NCBI RefSeq assembly: GCF_003334765.1
Contig: NZ_QOWT01000119.1
Reading direction: 5' to 3' (one strand)
DNA length: 490 nt
DNA from: Escherichia coli
GTDB lineage: Bacteria; Pseudomonadota; Gammaproteobacteria; Enterobacterales; Enterobacteriaceae
Shown here: positions 1-490 of the stretch, one piece after another
Position numbering within the stretch: the first letter of the stretch is position 1
How the letters are laid out: every line of letters begins with the position of its first letter
Translations under genes and position numbers: made by a program
The notes under the pieces: generated by a model
What the model saw: only the letters and a program-made list of their open reading frames with translations
The model's database searches: none
What the model was told of the DNA's origin: nothing

Positions 1-210
1 TGTCCTGAATGCTTTAAGCGTAGCGACTCTGTTCATAGTTGTCGTCGGCGCCGGATACAGCATCTACCCTGCTCAGGGCAGACGCTATGGCTTGTATTTT
101 CCGTCCGCCACTGGTACTGCCGTAACCCGGCTTGTTCACGTAAAATTTTTGCCGAGTCGCTTGCTCCCTTCGCCAGTTCACACCAGCAGTCTTCACAGGC
201 GTTACAAAAT

Positions 211-213
211 TAA
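211..213 (+). other. In-frame ochre stop (TAA) between the zinc-finger-coding and HTH/DDE-coding parts of the transposase frame
   Basis: Read directly from the sequence: codons ...caa aat TAA caa cgt caa..., all in frame 1, with conserved transposase motifs on both sides. Confidence 0.9.
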
Positions 214-259
214 CAACGTCAACTGGGATTAATAGCTGGAGGTGAGGCTGGAAAACGGG

Positions 260-287
260 CTGCAACGGCAGTGGGTCTCCGTTGCAG
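260..287. repeat. Perfect 9-bp inverted repeat ctgcaacgg (260-268) / ccgttgcag (279-287) with a 10-nt spacer; potential hairpin
   Basis: Read directly from the sequence. It lies inside the coding region for the HTH-like segment (AATAVGLRC). No T-tract follows, so it is not an intrinsic terminator. Confidence 0.55.
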
Positions 288-490
288 TGCTGATACTCTT
301 CTTCGCAGGCTTATCAATACCCCGGAGACGAAACAGTCAGGCGCGCCTCATGTCGGTATTGATGAGTGGGCGTGGCATCGGGGCCACTGCTGCGGTATGT
401 TAATAGTCAATCCTGATACTCACCGTCCCCTCGTCCTGCTTCCCGGCCGTGATCAGCGTACGCTGGCGACCTGGTTCAGAAAATATCCGG

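Larger units (their letters stand above)
1..490 (+). pseudogene. ISL3-family transposase, internal portion (5' and 3' ends outside the window), interrupted by one in-frame TAA at 211-213
   Basis: Frame +1, 1-210 translates to CPECFKRSDSVHSCRRRRIQHLPCSGQTLWLVFSVRHWYCRNPACSRKIFAESLAPFASSHQQSSQALQN. This has the layout of the ISL3 N-terminal zinc-finger region: CPxC, then a basic stretch, then HLP..G, then a second Cys pair followed by R.IF.E.L.P. After TAA (211-213) the same frame continues 214-490 as QRQLGLIAGGEAGKRAATAVGLRCSADTLLRRLINTPETKQSGAPHVGIDEWAWHRGHCCGMLIVNPDTHRPLVLLPGRDQRTLATWFRKYP. That is an HTH-like segment (AATAVGLRCSADTLLRRL), about 14 aa of linker, then the conserved opening block of the ISL3 DDE domain (GIDEWAWHRGH, with the first catalytic Asp at 361-363, then IV..DT.RPL.LLPGR...TL..W). 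The block order and spacing match what I recall of IS1001/IS1167-type transposases. No other stop occurs in this frame. Identification is from remembered family motifs, not a database search. Confidence 0.8.
1..490. mobile_element. Interior of an ISL3-family insertion sequence; terminal inverted repeats and target-site duplication not within the window
   Basis: The window is fully occupied by the transposase reading frame. ISL3 transposases usually have about 30-40 aa before the first CxxC pair, so the gene start and left IS end should lie roughly 100 bp or more upstream, and the rest of the DDE domain downstream. Confidence 0.7.

Noticed and set aside
211-213. Possibility that TAA is recoded (alternative genetic code or programmed readthrough) and not a true stop
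   Set aside because: TAA is not the selenocysteine or pyrrolysine codon, and no recoding is known for ISL3 transposases. A single occurrence cannot support a reassigned code. Nonsense mutation or sequencing error is the simpler explanation.
2-232. + strand frame 2 is open from the window start to TAA at 230-232
   Set aside because: Its translation has no recognisable motif, whereas frame 1 over the same bases carries the zinc-finger motif block. A frameshifted (frame 2 to frame 1) transposase is therefore not supported; the disruption is a nonsense codon in frame 1.
14-265. Minus-strand 83-aa ORF from the supplied track (MQPVFQPH...), TTG start at 263-265, with a GGAG 11 nt upstream on that strand
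   Set aside because: It is exactly antisense to the frame carrying clear ISL3 transposase motifs and has no recognisable motif of its own. It uses a TTG start with poorly spaced SD. Long antisense ORFs are common opposite real genes in moderately GC-rich DNA. A real antisense gene cannot be excluded from sequence alone, but nothing supports it.
339-348. 10-bp palindrome AGGCGCGCCT (contains GGCGCGCC), and an 8-bp palindrome CGGCGCCG at 46-53
   Set aside because: Short GC-rich palindromes of this length are expected by chance about once in a window this size. Both lie inside the coding frame and have no flanking context suggesting an operator.
242-403. + strand frame-2 ORF starting at GTG 242 (VRLENGLQRQWVSVAVL...), 53 codons, stop at 401-403
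   Set aside because: It is an alternative frame inside the transposase gene with no conserved motif. The SD-like GGAGGTG at 238-244 overlaps the candidate start instead of preceding it.
290-421. 9-bp direct repeat CTGATACTC at 290-298 and 413-421
   Set aside because: Chance expectation for a 9-bp direct repeat in 490 bp is about 0.5. Both copies encode Asp-Thr in frame, so this is a codon-choice coincidence.
1-490. Several codons rare in enterobacteria in the transposase frame (ATA x3, CTA x2, AGG, AGA, CGG x4), hinting at foreign origin
   Set aside because: The host organism is unknown, so codon rarity cannot be judged. Atypical codon usage is in any case expected for IS elements and adds nothing beyond the transposase call.

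Overview
The whole 490-bp window lies inside one gene: the + strand, frame 1 encodes the internal part of an ISL3-family insertion-sequence transposase. Positions 1-210 encode the N-terminal zinc-finger-like region, and 214-490 encode the helix-turn-helix segment and the start of the DDE catalytic domain (GIDEWAWHRGH...LLPGR...). The frame is open across the window except for one in-frame TAA at 211-213, so this copy appears to be a nonsense-mutated pseudogene, unless that stop is a sequencing error. Both ends of the gene and the IS termini lie outside the window. The 83-aa minus-strand ORF in the supplied track (14..265) is antisense to this well-supported frame and I consider it spurious. 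The only other structure I can support is a perfect 9-bp inverted repeat at 260-287. I see no RNA genes, CRISPR repeats, promoters or terminators, and no evidence of a novel system; this is ordinary IS interior. All family assignments rest on motifs recalled from memory, not on a search.
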